The notes beneath the pieces are model-generated. The model was not told the origin of the DNA and did not search any database. It worked only from the letters and a program-made list of their open reading frames with translations. The position numbers and the translations under genes were made by a program. From Paraspadella gotoi (taxonomy: Eukaryota > Animalia > Chaetognatha): a stretch of 64,000 bases of DNA. Below, one piece after another: positions 1 to 11,841 of this stretch (position 1 is its first letter; each line of letters starts with the position of its first letter). The stretch is from assembly GCA_051294375.1 (NCBI GenBank), contig CM119263.1:31174335-31238334 (forward strand), written 5' to 3'.

Positions 1-332
1 TCTCGTTGAATCATGAACTTTTCCCGTTATAAAATTGATATAAAAATAGTTAGTCGGAGTTTTTGAGATTTTTAAATTTTAAAAATAGAAATCTTTATCT
101 TCCAATTTTGTCATCGGTTCCCTTTTTTTTTTTTGTTTTTTTTTTTTTCAAATTGAAAACAGATTACTGGTTCTCATGGAAAAGGACGAAGTTGAAATTA
201 TACACGATGTTATCCTTTCGGCATCCGTATGAAATTGCAAAAATAAAATCTGTTCTAGTCTCGTTTCTGTAAATTATTTTCAGATATTGAAATTTAAAAA
301 ATATTGTAACAAGAAAAAAGAAAAAGAAAAAA

Positions 333-3300
333 ATGGCGGACGGGGACGTAGATCTTTACGGCGACGATTTGGCCGAAGACGATTATCAAATGAAATCGGA
401 AAGTAAGAAAATTATATTGTATGAAAATTTGCAAAATGCAAATTACTTGTTTCACTATTTTCTATTTTTATATTTTATGAAGGATTGAGTATATAATCTA
501 TATTATTTAAACAAATATATATTGCTTTTTTTCTTAATTTTTTTTTTATCATTATATCTAATAACTCAATTTGGGAAGGGGAAGTCGGTGTTGTCTTCTG
601 GAAATAGAAGGAGTATGGCAACGGGAGGATAGCCTGTGATACCCGGGGCGCGGGGTATCTCACCAACTGGCGTAGGGGCTGCGGACCCTCAGTGACCGCC
701 TCCTGTCACTGGCATGTTTATACCGGCACCGTCACATTTAAGCCAGAACCGGGATACCCAGGGATTGAACCCGGGACGCACGGATGGAATGAGATGATTT
801 AGCCTGCTCAGCCATTGAGACGAGGCTGAGGACGGACAGCAGTGAGGCAGCTTTTTAAGTCTTGCTGCCACAGGATCCCCCACCAGACTTCTCCACAGGG
901 GCCTCAATCCTGAGGAGATGTCTGAGAGAAGGTTTTGATCTCATTGCCATAGTGAGAGCGAGCGGGCGAGCGAGCGAGCGAGTCTGGAGCGTTACCAGAG
1001 AAGTAGGGCATAGGCGTGATATGCATACCCTAAGCGATGTAAGCGTGGGCGCACGGTGCGCAGCGGTTGCGTGTTCGAGAGTCGGGCTCACCACTTATGG
1101 CAACGGGAGGATAGCCTGTGATACCCGGGGCGCGGGGTATCTCACCAACTGGCGTAGGGCTGCGGACCCTCAGTGACCGCCTCCTGTCACTGGCATGTTT
1201 ATACCGGCACCGTCACATTTAAGCCAGAACCGGGATACCCAGGGATTGAACCCGGGACGCACGGATGGAATGAGATGATTTAGCCTGCTCAGCCATTGAG
1301 ACGAGGCTGAGGACGGACAGCAGTGAGGCAGCTTTTTAAGTCTTGGCTGCCACAGGAGCCTCTATAATTGTGACAACCTTTATGAAATACATTTTCGCCC
1401 TTGAGGAAACGAAGGGGATCAAAATGGCGGCGAAGATTTGTACGACGACGTCTTGACGACGCCGGCTTCGCAGCCGCCGCCCGCCGAAGAGCCCAAGCCT
1501 GCGCCGGCGCCCTCCGTCCCGCCGCTGCTCATGGCCACGCCCATCAATCCGCCCACGGTGTCGTCGTCGCCGAGCGGACATCAGAACTCGCCGAGTGTCC
1601 AATCCGGACAAACGCAGGGAAAACGATTCTCGCTTTATATCGGTATGTCGAGGATACGGGATTTCATCTTTGACCTGGATATAATACTCTCTCTCTCTCT
1701 CTCTCAGGCAACCTGACCTGGTGGACGACTGACCAAGACTTAATCGACGCCATCAACTCTTTGCGCGTCAACGATTTGTTGGAGATCAAGTTTCACGAGA
1801 ATCGAGTCAACGGACAATCAAAAGGCTTCGCTATGGTCGCTTTCAGGTTTTGATTAAATTTCAAGACTTTATTATTAACAATATAAATCATATTAATAAG
1901 TATTTGCTAACTATTACCAGCACGGACGCGAGCGCCAAGAAGGTGATGGAACAACTGCCCAAGATGGAATTACACAACCAGAATCCCGTTGTCACGTGAG
2001 TAGATTTGACGAAGTGAACGACCAAAACGATGACGAAAACGACGACGACGAAGTGAACGACCAAAACGATGAAATGGACGACGTCTGCAACTTTTCTCTT
2101 CTTTAATCAGATTCGTGAATCGATCTGCGCTGAAGCAGTTTGAAGACGCAGCACCGAGTCGTCCCGATCCTCCGCCGCAGCATTACGACAACCGCGGCCG
2201 CAGCAGCGATAGGTAAGTGCATTTTATTCTTCCTCTCTCTCTCTCTCTCATTCTTCGCGTTTCATCTTTCAGGAACGAAAACGGAAGCGGCGCCTCCAAC
2301 TCTGGCTACCGCAGCTCGAGTCAGCAGCCACCGCCGCCGCTGTCCTCAGTGGCGCCTCCATTGTCGGGTCCTCCGCCTTTGGTGAGGCCTCCGTTGCAGG
2401 TAAGTCGCATCGACATTAATCCTTACCTTTTCTTCGCAGTCGATAAGTTCCTTCCATTCCTCCTCAAGCCGGGTTTTCATCCTTCCTCCGGGATGCCACC
2501 CGGTCTTCGCCCCGGTCTTCCTCCTCCGGGCGCACTCCCTCCGGGGATGAGGCCACACGTTCCTCCACCGGGAATGCCCGGCGCTCCGCCCGGTCTCCCT
2601 CCATCTCGAGGTCCGCCTCCGGCCGGCGCCCTTCCGCCGGGCTTCGTCCCGCGCCCCGGGATCGGCATGCCCGGCCTTCCGCCCGTCTCCGGCGCGCCGC
2701 CGCAGTTTCTACGCGGTCCGCCTCCCGGCGCTCATCTGCAGCCGACACAGCTGCAGCATCGACCGCACGGACTCCCGCCGCCGGGAATGCCGCACCCGCA
2801 GCCGCCGCCGGGCGGATTTCCTCACGGATCCATCGCTCCGGGTTAGTCGAGTCGATGGGGCGATTTTTTTTGTGCGTCGGTGATTTCACGTTGTTATCCG
2901 ATTCTTTCCTTTCAGGCGGACACTCTCAGCCACCAGGCCTCCGTCCTCCAGGACCAGGGGCTCCTCCCATGACGTTGCCGCAAGTGGGCGCTCCGCAGCC
3001 TCACATAAACCCCGCGTTCCTGCCCCCGAGGGGACCAGGCGTGCCGCACGGGTCTCTTCCCGGGGCAGGCCCCTCCTCGCATCCGCCGCCGTTCGGCGTC
3101 AGACCTGGAGCCCCGCCTGTCGGCTACCCCGGAGCTCCTGGCCTGGCACCGGCCTTCCAAGGGGATCAGGCGGCCGCCGCGGCGCCGCCGATGTCCGAGT
3201 CGGAGATGGAGGAGCATCTGCAGAGAAACAAGCAGGTGTCGTCCAACGCCATCTCTAGGGCCGTTCAGGTTCGTTTCTTGTTCGAGGGCGACCTTTATTT

Positions 3301-4277
3301 TTATTTTTTATTTTTTATTTTATTATTTATTTTAATATTTATTGTGATGGTCGGAATTGACAGGACGCGTCCGCGGGTGACTACGCTTCGGCCATCGAGA
3401 CTTTGGTCACAGCCATTTCACTTATCAAGCAATCCAAGGTCGCGCAAGATGACAGGTAATTAATCTCTTCAAGTATTTATAGTAGTAGTTCCGTCATTTT
3501 CCTATATTCCATTGCGATTAAGTTTTTTTTTTTTTTTTTTCAATCCAGATGCAAAATTTTGATCTCATCCTTGCAAGACACTCTGCAAGGAATAGAATCT
3601 AGATCCTACGGAGCCAAACACCGAAGCAGGTAACGCATTAAAAAAAAATTAAAAAGGCTGGATTGTATTTCTTTTAAATCATTTTTTGATCAATACCTGT
3701 GTCGGATACCTGGACAATACCTGGACAATCTTATGGACTTCAAACTTACCGATTCATAATATTATTAACCATTGTTTATTTGATTCGTGTTGTTTATATT
3801 TGTTTCCCTTTTAGCTCCCTCTAACACCTGGTTAATATTTCATTAATTATTACTTAATTAATACTTAATAAAAAAAAACTTGATCTCTTTCAGATCCCCA
3901 GTGGAATCGGAACGACGTGAGAAACGCGATAAATCTTCTCGATCTCGACGAGAAAGATCTCGATCTCGCGAACGAGGTCATCGCGAACACAGAGAGCGAC
4001 AGGGTGAGCGACGACGTTGAATCGGAGATACAAATGGAAATCCGCTCGCGAACTTGCTTTTTATCATATTGTACGTTTAATATTGGATATCGGTTATTTA
4101 GATTTTTAACCATTGGTCCGAGAAAATCTGTAATCTGGTTGCGAAGGAATGAATTTTATTCACAATCTTTGACTTTTTTCAGGCGAGTATCGCGAGCGCT
4201 CGCGGGAACGAGAGCACTATCGCGACGACAGCGAGTCCCGTCATCGCGAGCATCGGGAGAGAGAGAGAAGGCATTAA
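333..4277 (+). CDS. CPSF6: Cleavage and polyadenylation specificity factor 6 / CFIm68 (multi-exon span)
   Basis: N-terminus [12 protein letters not shown]...DLYDDV; RRM with [15 protein letters not shown] and [14 protein letters not shown]; long Pro/Gly-rich region; helical segment ([57 protein letters not shown]); C-terminal RS/RE domain ending TAA at 4275-4277; GT-AG introns join in frame. Confidence 0.93.
614..1354 (-). mobile_element. TRIM (non-autonomous miniature LTR retrotransposon) with tRNA-like LTRs, Helenus-like; copy 1, in CPSF6 intron 1
   Basis: Two ~259-bp near-identical direct repeats (614-872, 1096-1354) around a 223-bp non-coding core; on the minus strand the LTR runs TGTGGCAGC...GTTGCCATA; PBS TGGTGAGCCCGAC (1081-1093 rc) 2 nt after the LTR; purine tract before the second LTR; 4-bp TSD GGAG (610-613 / 1355-1358). 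Confidence 0.92.
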
Positions 4278-4834
4278 AATTTTAAGATTTCTTTTCACGA
4301 TCCCACGTTGACCGACCGACTAACTCGAGTCGGAATAATTAAGACTTTTTTGTTTTCGTTTTTTTGTTTCTCAGTTTGAAAAAAAAAAAACACTTTTCCT
4401 CCAGCCTATTGTAAATTTCACCAAATGTTTTATTAAAAGCATAATTGTTTTTACCACGAAATGAACGCCTCTAATAGCGATTTGTTTTTTGGTACGTCTA
4501 GTTGCATTAAGAATCAATTCGAAACGGAATATTGGATAGTTGGTCATTGAAGATTACAAAACTTCTCACATGAAAAATCGCCATAAACTTAATACGGAAT
4601 TTAACCGTGTCTGATGCGCGGCAACAACCTTAACAACGTATACTCAAACCAAAAAAGAATCGTTTTTAATCTTTGGAAGTTCAAAACTGTCGTTTCCATC
4701 CATTTGCAACTTTTTAAAAATATCTCCGTGTTTCCGCGATTGTTTGTTTAAAATTACATTTCGAATCGCTTTATTTTTTCGTAGCCTTCCGTCCATAACG
4801 AGATTGATCGTCAAATGACTCGGACGCGGTCGCG

Positions 4835-7800
4835 ATGCGTCATCAAATCTTCGTCGTCTGCGACGTGACGCGTCCGCCCGTCCGTCTCCTTCCCCGTGAT
4901 TCCTCCTCCTCCGACGACGCCATCTTGTCCGCCGTCGTCTCCGTCGCCGACGTCAACGATGGACAAATCGTCGCCTTCGCGCGTCTAATCGACGACGACG
5001 ACGATCTCGACGTCGCCCTTCGCCTCAAATTCAAACAACGAGATGTCGCTCTGGGTCGACTCTCTCGATGGAGCAGATGCTTGACGTGGGAGGGAGACGC
5101 GTTGAAGGCGTCGAGCGAAGATGAGGAAGAAGATGACGAGGTTACGATTTATTGCGTTTGTCAGGAGGAGGAGGAGGAGGAGGAGGAGAAGCCGAAGGTG
5201 AGGTCAAGGGTAACTTTAGTAGAGGGGAAATTTGACCTTTGGGGTTTTTTGGCTCAAAAATTTCGACGTGGCCTAACTCGCTCTTGTTTCCCTTTCAAAT
5301 TCACAGATGGGCTCATTATGAATCATCAAATTATTAATTTATTATTTGTCCAATCTAAATTTCCAGGAAGTGACTAAAGAAAATTCAACCCCGACGACGA
5401 CGACAATGACGACCACGAAGTCTTCCTTCAAGAGAAAACGCTCCGTCCTCTCCACCGTCAACGATAAAGAGGATGAGACGGAGTCCCAGTCAGATCCCTC
5501 CACCACTCCGCCCGCCTCCGCTCCAAAGAAAGCCAAAGCCGCTCAAACTCCTCGTGGCAGAAAGCCCAAAGTCAACGGCGGAACACCCAAGACGCCAAAG
5601 ACGCCCAAGACTCTTAAAACGCCCAAGACTCCGAAGACTCCCAAGACTCCTTCTCAGTTGAAAACATCGGGAAAGGTCTACAACCCCAACACCGTCTCGG
5701 GATGCTTCCTCAACATGCTCCTGGCCAAGTCGTCCGCGGCCGACGACTCTGAAGATGCGATGGATGAGAAGAATCTTCATCCGACGGCGACGTCGCCCGC
5801 GCACGCTGAGGCGCCATCCGAAGGCAAAGACGGTGCCAAGGAAGCAAAGAGCGAAAAGGCGCCGCCGACGCCGCGAATGGACAAAGACAAACAAAAAACC
5901 GATATCGTCAAAACAGAATCCGCCGTGCCGAGTGATTGCGGCGCCAAAATAGAGAAGGCGTCGGGGAAAGAAAAAGACGCCCCGATGGTGGAGAAGGCGC
6001 CGTCGAGAAACAAAGAGGGCGTTAAGGAGACGAAGGTGGAAAAGGCGCCGGGGACCAAGTTTTTGGTTCAAGCTTTGTTGGGCGACGATTCCGACGGTGA
6101 AGAGAAAAAGGAGGGGGAGAAGGCGGAAGAAGATTCGTGTGAGGTCAGTTGACAAAGAATGATTAACCCAGTTTTCCCATTTATTTCATTGATTTCATTT
6201 CTTTTCCCTTTTTTTTCGCCCACAGTTCCGCATCCTCTCCTCCACAGTCCTCACTCCATCGCCCACAGTCCGTTGGGGCCACAGTCAGTGCTTCGTCTCT
6301 TCCCCCTCTGGTAGTCACGTGGTCGTCGTCGGTGGACAGACGATCAAGAGCGCCTTCTGCCGCGACGCCGCTTGGCTCTTCGATCCCGGATTCGGAGAGT
6401 GGGAGGCGTTGGAGACCGGCGCCGCCGGATCCCAGGTATCTTGAGTGGGAGTGGGGTTGGTTTGTTATTTGCTTTGAAGGGGAAAAGGGGAAAAAAGAAT
6501 CATTTTTAGTGAAGAAATGGAAAAGTTAGGTATTTATTATCCTCCCTCGCTGACAAAGTATTAATCTACTATCTAGGAAAAAAGTATATCACACTTGAGG
6601 GGTATTGAAGGCGTGAGGAAATAGAAAAAAAAATAATAGTATATTTCGCGAAGAGTAAAAATTAAAGAATATATTGTGGCAGCAAGACTTAAAGCTGCCT
6701 CACTGAAACTGTCCGTCCTCAGCCTCGTCTCAATGGCTGAGCAGGCTAAATCTTCTCATTCCATCCGTGCGTCCCGGGTTCAATCCCTGGTATCCCGGTT
6801 CTGGCTTAAATGTGACGGTGCCGGTATAAACATGCCAGTGACAGGAGGCGGTCACTGAAGGTCCGCAGCCCCTACGCCAGTTAGTGAGATACCCCGCGCC
6901 CCGGGTATCACAGGCTATCCTCCCGTTGCCATAAGTGGTGAGCCCTACTCTCGAACACGCAACCACTGCGCACCGTGCGCCCACGCTTACGTCGCTTAGG
7001 GTATGCATATCACGCCTATGCCCTACTTCTCTGGTAACGCTCCAGACTCGCTCGCTCGCTCGCCCGCTCGCTCTCACTATGGCAATGAGATCAAAACCTT
7101 CTCTCAGACATCTCCTCAGGATTGAGGCCCCTGTGGAGAAGTCTGGTGGGGGATCCTGTGGCAGCAAGACTTAAAGCTGCCTCACTGCTGTCCGTCCTCA
7201 GCCTCGTCTCAATGGCTGAGCAGGCTAAATCTTTTCATTCCATCCGTGCGTCCCGGGTTCAATCCTTGGGTATCCCGGTTCTGGCTTAAATGTGACGTGC
7301 CGGTATAAACATGCCATGACAGGAGGCGGTCACTGAGGGTCCCAGCCCCTACGCCAGTTGGTGATATACCCCGCGCCCCGGGTATCACAGGCTATCCTCC
7401 CGTTGCCATAATATCGTTAAACAAAATATACCGAGGGAGGAGGAGGAAGAAAAAAGAGGAAGAAGAAGAGGAGAATGGGACAGCAAGCTAAATCTTCCTC
7501 TGTCATATAATTGTTAATAAAAAATATATAAAACATTGATAAAATATTTTTAATATTTGGTATGCCTTTCCTCGGCATTAATTACTGCTTGCATTTATCT
7601 GGGCATGCTTTCATACAGCAAATTGAGGTATGATAGTAAAATATTTTTTTATATCTTAAACGTAATTATTTTCAGCTCTGTTGTGCGTTTTATGTAGATT
7701 TGGAAACAATCTGATTTTTTTTAAAATCAAACAAGTTTTTGAGTAGATATCCTTTATTAAAAATGTGGTATACTTTTTTCCTAGATAGTAATTCTTATCT

Positions 7801-9111
7801 TCCTCCTCCGGAAGGCGCCCGGCATGCGAATGGGTCACACCGCCGTCTTCGACGCCAAGAGAAATTGTATCTTCGTCTACGGAGGATCGAAGAATCTTCG
7901 CTGGTTCAAGGACATGCACATGCTGGACTTGGAGAAGGGAGGCTGGAAAGAACTCAAGACCACCGGTGCTTAAGACTCGAGAGACTTTAAAGATGAGACT
8001 CAATCTTATTGCCCTTTTGTTGTTTTCTAAAAAAAATAAGGCAACGCCCCGACGCGATCTTACCATTCCGCCATCTTGTATCGCGACGAGATTTGGGTCT
8101 TTGGTGGAATCTTTCCTAATCCTGGAACCGAACCCGACGGTTGCAGCGATTCCATCGAGGTTGGGGGGATTGGAACCGTCGCCCTTTTGTCTCTTCTGTT
8201 GACTCTCAATTTTAGTATCTTATTCAAAGATGGTTCACCTCGTTCTAGGTCTACTCTTCCGCCACTGGTGGATGGTACACCCCCGAGGTGACGGGCCCCA
8301 AGCCAATGCCTCGCTCGGGCCATAGTGCGACGTTGCTTGGCGAGAAGATGCTCGTCTTCGGTGGGTGGGACATGCCCTCCATCTTCAACGACATTCAAGT
8401 CTTTGACCTTACCTTCGCCGAGTGGCAGGCGCCTCTGCCTATCCGGGTGAGGTGGATGGTATTTGATGCATTAATTTATTTTAACAATTTATTTTTACCG
8501 ACTGAGATAGAGGCAAAGTATATTATTTTTCCTCAACTTGTCCAAATTTAGGGGCAAGAAAGCTTCTATAAATTTATATTGTTTGTAACAATTCCATATA
8601 GTATCAAGAAAGAATGATCTATATGGATTCTTTCCTTCCTAGGGATCTCTTCCTCCTCCCCGCTGCTGGCACGCCTCCGCTCTCCTCCAACGCCCCCACC
8701 CTCGCCTCTTCGTCCACGGTGGCTTCAACGGCGACGCCCCTCTCGACGACGCTTGGGTGCTGGACATGCCGCAAGGGCTCAACTCGACCCCCTCGACCAA
8801 GGCATTTGTCAGCTGGACCAAGCTTGTTCTTCCTGGGCTCAAGCTCAGCGCCCGAGCAGGACATTCGGCCGTCTGCGTCGGAGTCAATGAGGTTTTTTGC
8901 TTTGACGATTTGCTGTCGTTGCTGCTGTTTCGATTAAAGTTAATGCTGTTGTTCCATTCATTGAGTTGTTTTTTTCCAGAACGACGACGACCACGACGGC
9001 TGCGAAGAGACGACGAAGGAAAGGATCGTCATCTTTGGCGGCGGAAACAACAATGGAAAGTTCTTCAACACGACGACAGTCATGGAGGCTCCGACTCGCG
9101 TCGAACTCTGA
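4835..9111 (+). CDS. Kelch-repeat (beta-propeller) protein with long low-complexity N-terminal half (multi-exon span)
   Basis: Exons from 6226 on encode kelch motifs: PSPTVRWGHSQC..VVVVGGQ, PGMRMGHTAV..IFVYGGS..WFKDMHMLD, PMPRSGHSATLLGEKMLVFGGWD, LSARAGHSA..IVIFGGGNN; they splice in frame to the upstream ORFs at 4835 and 5367-6143; stop TGA 9109-9111. Confidence 0.8.
6675..7410 (+). mobile_element. TRIM with tRNA-like LTRs, copy 2, in a kelch-gene intron (inverted relative to copy 1)
   Basis: LTRs 6675-6933 and 7157-7410; PBS TGGTGAGCCC at 6936; PPT-like GGAGAAGTCTGGTGGGGGA before 7157; TSD ATAT (6671-6674 / 7411-7414); reverse complement of 614-1354 with few differences. Confidence 0.92.
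6734..6786 (+). promoter_or_regulatory. Pol III type-2 internal promoter (A box + B box) within the TRIM LTR
   Basis: TGGCTGAGCAGG (6734-6745) fits the A-box consensus TRGYNNARYNGG; GGTTCAATCC (6777-6786) fits the B box; tRNA-like ~31-nt spacing; present in all four LTRs, and the B box is kept in the diverged solo LTR. Confidence 0.75.
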
Positions 9112-9632
9112 TCCCCCGACAATGGTTTCATTAGAACTCAGTCGTGGTCCGCTTTTGCGTTCGAATACGATTTTATTTCACGAAACATCACATCTGAATA
9201 AACGTTACATTTCATTAAACATCATCTATGATTACATTACATCTCTCTAAACATCATAAGTGCCTAATCTCCCCTTTTTTTCGTTGAATCTCTGGATTAA
9301 GTTTCTACGCTCGTCGTGATCGTTTGGGAATTTTCGCATATTTTCAAGCTTTGGTGGAATCATAAATGCCATAAATTTTGGTAATAATTTTTATCTGCCG
9401 ATTACGGATCGTGTATTCCGCATTATTTCTTGTGCCCTCAACTCATGAAGGGAAATTAAAACTTCTGACATTCTTACAATAGCCGAGAAAATTTTTTCTA
9501 AATAGTCGGTGTATTTTTTTTTTCACTCTGCCATTTCGATAATTTACTTGTTAATGTTAAGTTTGGTTATAGTTTACATTATTCTTTGCCTTTTGACTAT
9601 CAGATATACTATTTATACATATAAAAAGCTAA

Positions 9633-11032
9633 ATGACTTCTCAGGAAGAGGACGATGACGACTTCGTGAGCAACCTTCTCGCCGAAGGCAAGTCTTAATT
9701 AATTTCTTTTGTGATAAGAATAAATTATGATACATAATTGATTCGCAGCTGATGAAGAGAAGTTCCGCGCTGACGTCGACTACGATGATGAGGAAGAGGA
9801 AGAAGAAGGATTCTCGGAGAAAATTCGAGATCAAGATCGATTTCTTCCGATCGCGAACGTTGGGAAAGTAATGAAGGACTGGTGGGTAAGGGTTGGGAGA
9901 AGTACTCGCTCCATCCAATATATTGCGCTGCAGTTACTTTATATCCAGTGTATTTATGACACGCACTGCATCGTAATTTCCTTTTATTCTTTATAGTTAT
10001 AGTATATTTCCTGAAGGCCGCGCTCTCAGTCGCTTAGATCTGAGGTTTTTTTCTGTCTTAATAAATGTGAGCAACCGACTATAAGCGAGTTATGATAATC
10101 GAAACAGATCGAAAGACCGACCGAAAAGTGGCTTAGAGTTACTCCGCGAGTACTCGCGGCGCAAATAAAAAGGAGAGTCCTGTGAGACTTAGAGATTAGT
10201 TACGGGTGGAGGGGAGAAGGAAAGACTCGAAGAGGAAACTTGTATGAAATTGGTAGAACCAATTAAGAAGTATCTTGCCCCTAACTTAGGACAGGCTATG
10301 GTGGGTGAAGGCCCCATCCCTCTTACGAGATAATCACAAAGCTTTTAATCAAGACTCTCTCACAGTCTAGTCTATTCACTTTAGAGTACCTGGCTTCCCT
10401 AATCCCTATCAATGAAGCGGTATAATATTTTAAAGTAACTCAACTTCCTTCTCTCCCCTTCAGCCTTCCTTCCAACTCCAAAATGTCCAAGGACTCGAAG
10501 ATGTGCATCCAGGAATGCGTGTCCGAGTTCGTCTCCTTCGTGACGTCGGAGGCGGCGGAGAGATGTCATCTGGAGAAACGCAAGACGGTCAACGGGGAAG
10601 ACATCCTCTTTGCCATGTCCACTCTCGGGTTCGACTCTTACGTGGAGCCACTCAATATTTTTCTGACTAGATACAGGGAGACAATCAAGTCGGAGAAGAT
10701 GGGAATACCTGTCCCTTCTGTGCCGGAGAATTTGGTTAGAAGGGAAGAGGTAGTGATTTTGAAGTGGAAGGGATTACACATTGGTGAAAACTGACCAGTC
10801 GACCTTTACCATATCGTTAACGGGTTCATCCTCGACATAGGCTCCTGTTAAAGTGGCCCTTCCCACCCGGTTCATAGCCGCGCCTCCAACGATCCTTCAT
10901 GATGTCGAGTCCATCGCTCACGTGACCAACTCCCTCGTCGCGCCTCCGCAGCATCAGCAGCAGATGCCTGTCTACACCGCCGCGTATCAGCCGCAGGGTG
11001 ATCAGCAGCCACAAGTTCATTATTCAAATTGA
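9633..11032 (+). CDS. NFYB: Nuclear transcription factor Y subunit beta (CCAAT-binding, histone fold)
   Basis: IRDQDRFLPIANVGKVMK..LPSNSKMSKDSKMCIQECVSEFVSFVTSEAAERCHLEKRKTVNGEDILFAMSTLGFDSYVEPL; the first intron is GC-AG (9688-9748); stop TGA 11030-11032. Confidence 0.93.
10274..10435. repeat. Dispersed intronic repeat family (copies near 10274-10435, 40813-40984 and a partial one at 41255-41290)
   Basis: Shared blocks CTTGC(C/A)CCT(A/G)ACTT(A/T)GGACAGGCT(A/T)TGGTGG..., ACTCTCTCACAGT, TATTCACT(T/C)T(C)AGAGTACCTGG and ATAATATTT in the NF-YB and taxilin introns. Confidence 0.7.
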
Positions 11033-11841
11033 TGAATCTCATATATATATTTTTTTTTTTAAATTTAATCTTTTTTAGATTTTTTAATATACGTAATATT
11101 CTTATTGTTAAACTTCAAAACAACAAGGTTCATGCTGCGTCTGTGATAACACTGATACCTTAATTTTAATAGTTGATCTTTTTGAATCCAATTAGCTGTA
11201 AAACATTTTTTGGCTTACTGATTTGCTGTTTTTTGCTTCTATGTTTTCGAAGCGTGAGCAACTATACAATGTATACATGTGTGCCAATTTTTTTTTCCTT
11301 CTTTGATGCCAATAAATTTTTCGTCTGTTATGTTTATCGTTTTTTTTCTTTAGGTTTTACATTTTTTGTAAATTTTTATTGTTGGAAAAAAAATGAGTTG
11401 CATCCCTTGCCGTCAAATAACAACAACAACATTCCCTAATTAAAACAACAACAATCGGGTAAAGAAATGAAAAAAACTATTCTGACCATCTTCCCTTTCT
11501 CGCGTCCTTCCTTGATAATCCTCAATTCCTTTTGTTCAACAGGAAGTAAAACATTTTTCTCTCTTCACTATTCGCTCAACAAACACGAGGAAAAAGACTC
11601 TAAGTAAAAATCATCTCTACTCAAAGAAGTAATAAAAGAAACTTAAATCAGCCCAAGCATAAAAATACCAAAAAAATAATCACCGTCACCAATTTTGACA
11701 AAAGAATATTACAAAAGAATTCCCGACCGAGTTTTAATCGTTTTGGTTTGAGATTCTTCTCGTTTCGCTTTTTGTCAAAAACCAACTCGATATTTCGCGG
11801 TTGTTACAACGACGACGACAACAACAACAACAAGTAGTACG

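Noticed and set aside
826-860. Hammerhead ribozyme (CTGAGGA) in the LTR, as in retrozymes
   Set aside because: There is no downstream stem II + GAAA in the right arrangement on that strand, and the motif is not kept in the solo LTR.
956-982. (GAGC)n tract resembling an AAV Rep-binding site in the TRIM core
   Set aside because: A short simple repeat with no ITR hairpin or rep gene; chance similarity is likely.
2008-2075. Short intronic tandem duplications (also 24391-24440 and 3705-3730)
   Set aside because: Two-copy slippage-type duplications with no sign of function.
4835-6152. Separate genes for the ORFs at 4835 and 5346
   Set aside because: Splice sites join them in frame to the downstream kelch exons, so they are treated as one gene.
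6725-6800. A functional tRNA gene
   Set aside because: A and B boxes are present, but I find no acceptor stem or regular anticodon arm; it is a tRNA-derived LTR segment.
689-7174. ORFs of 60-145 aa inside the two TRIM copies
   Set aside because: No gag/pol motifs; frames differ between copies because of indels; the element is non-coding.
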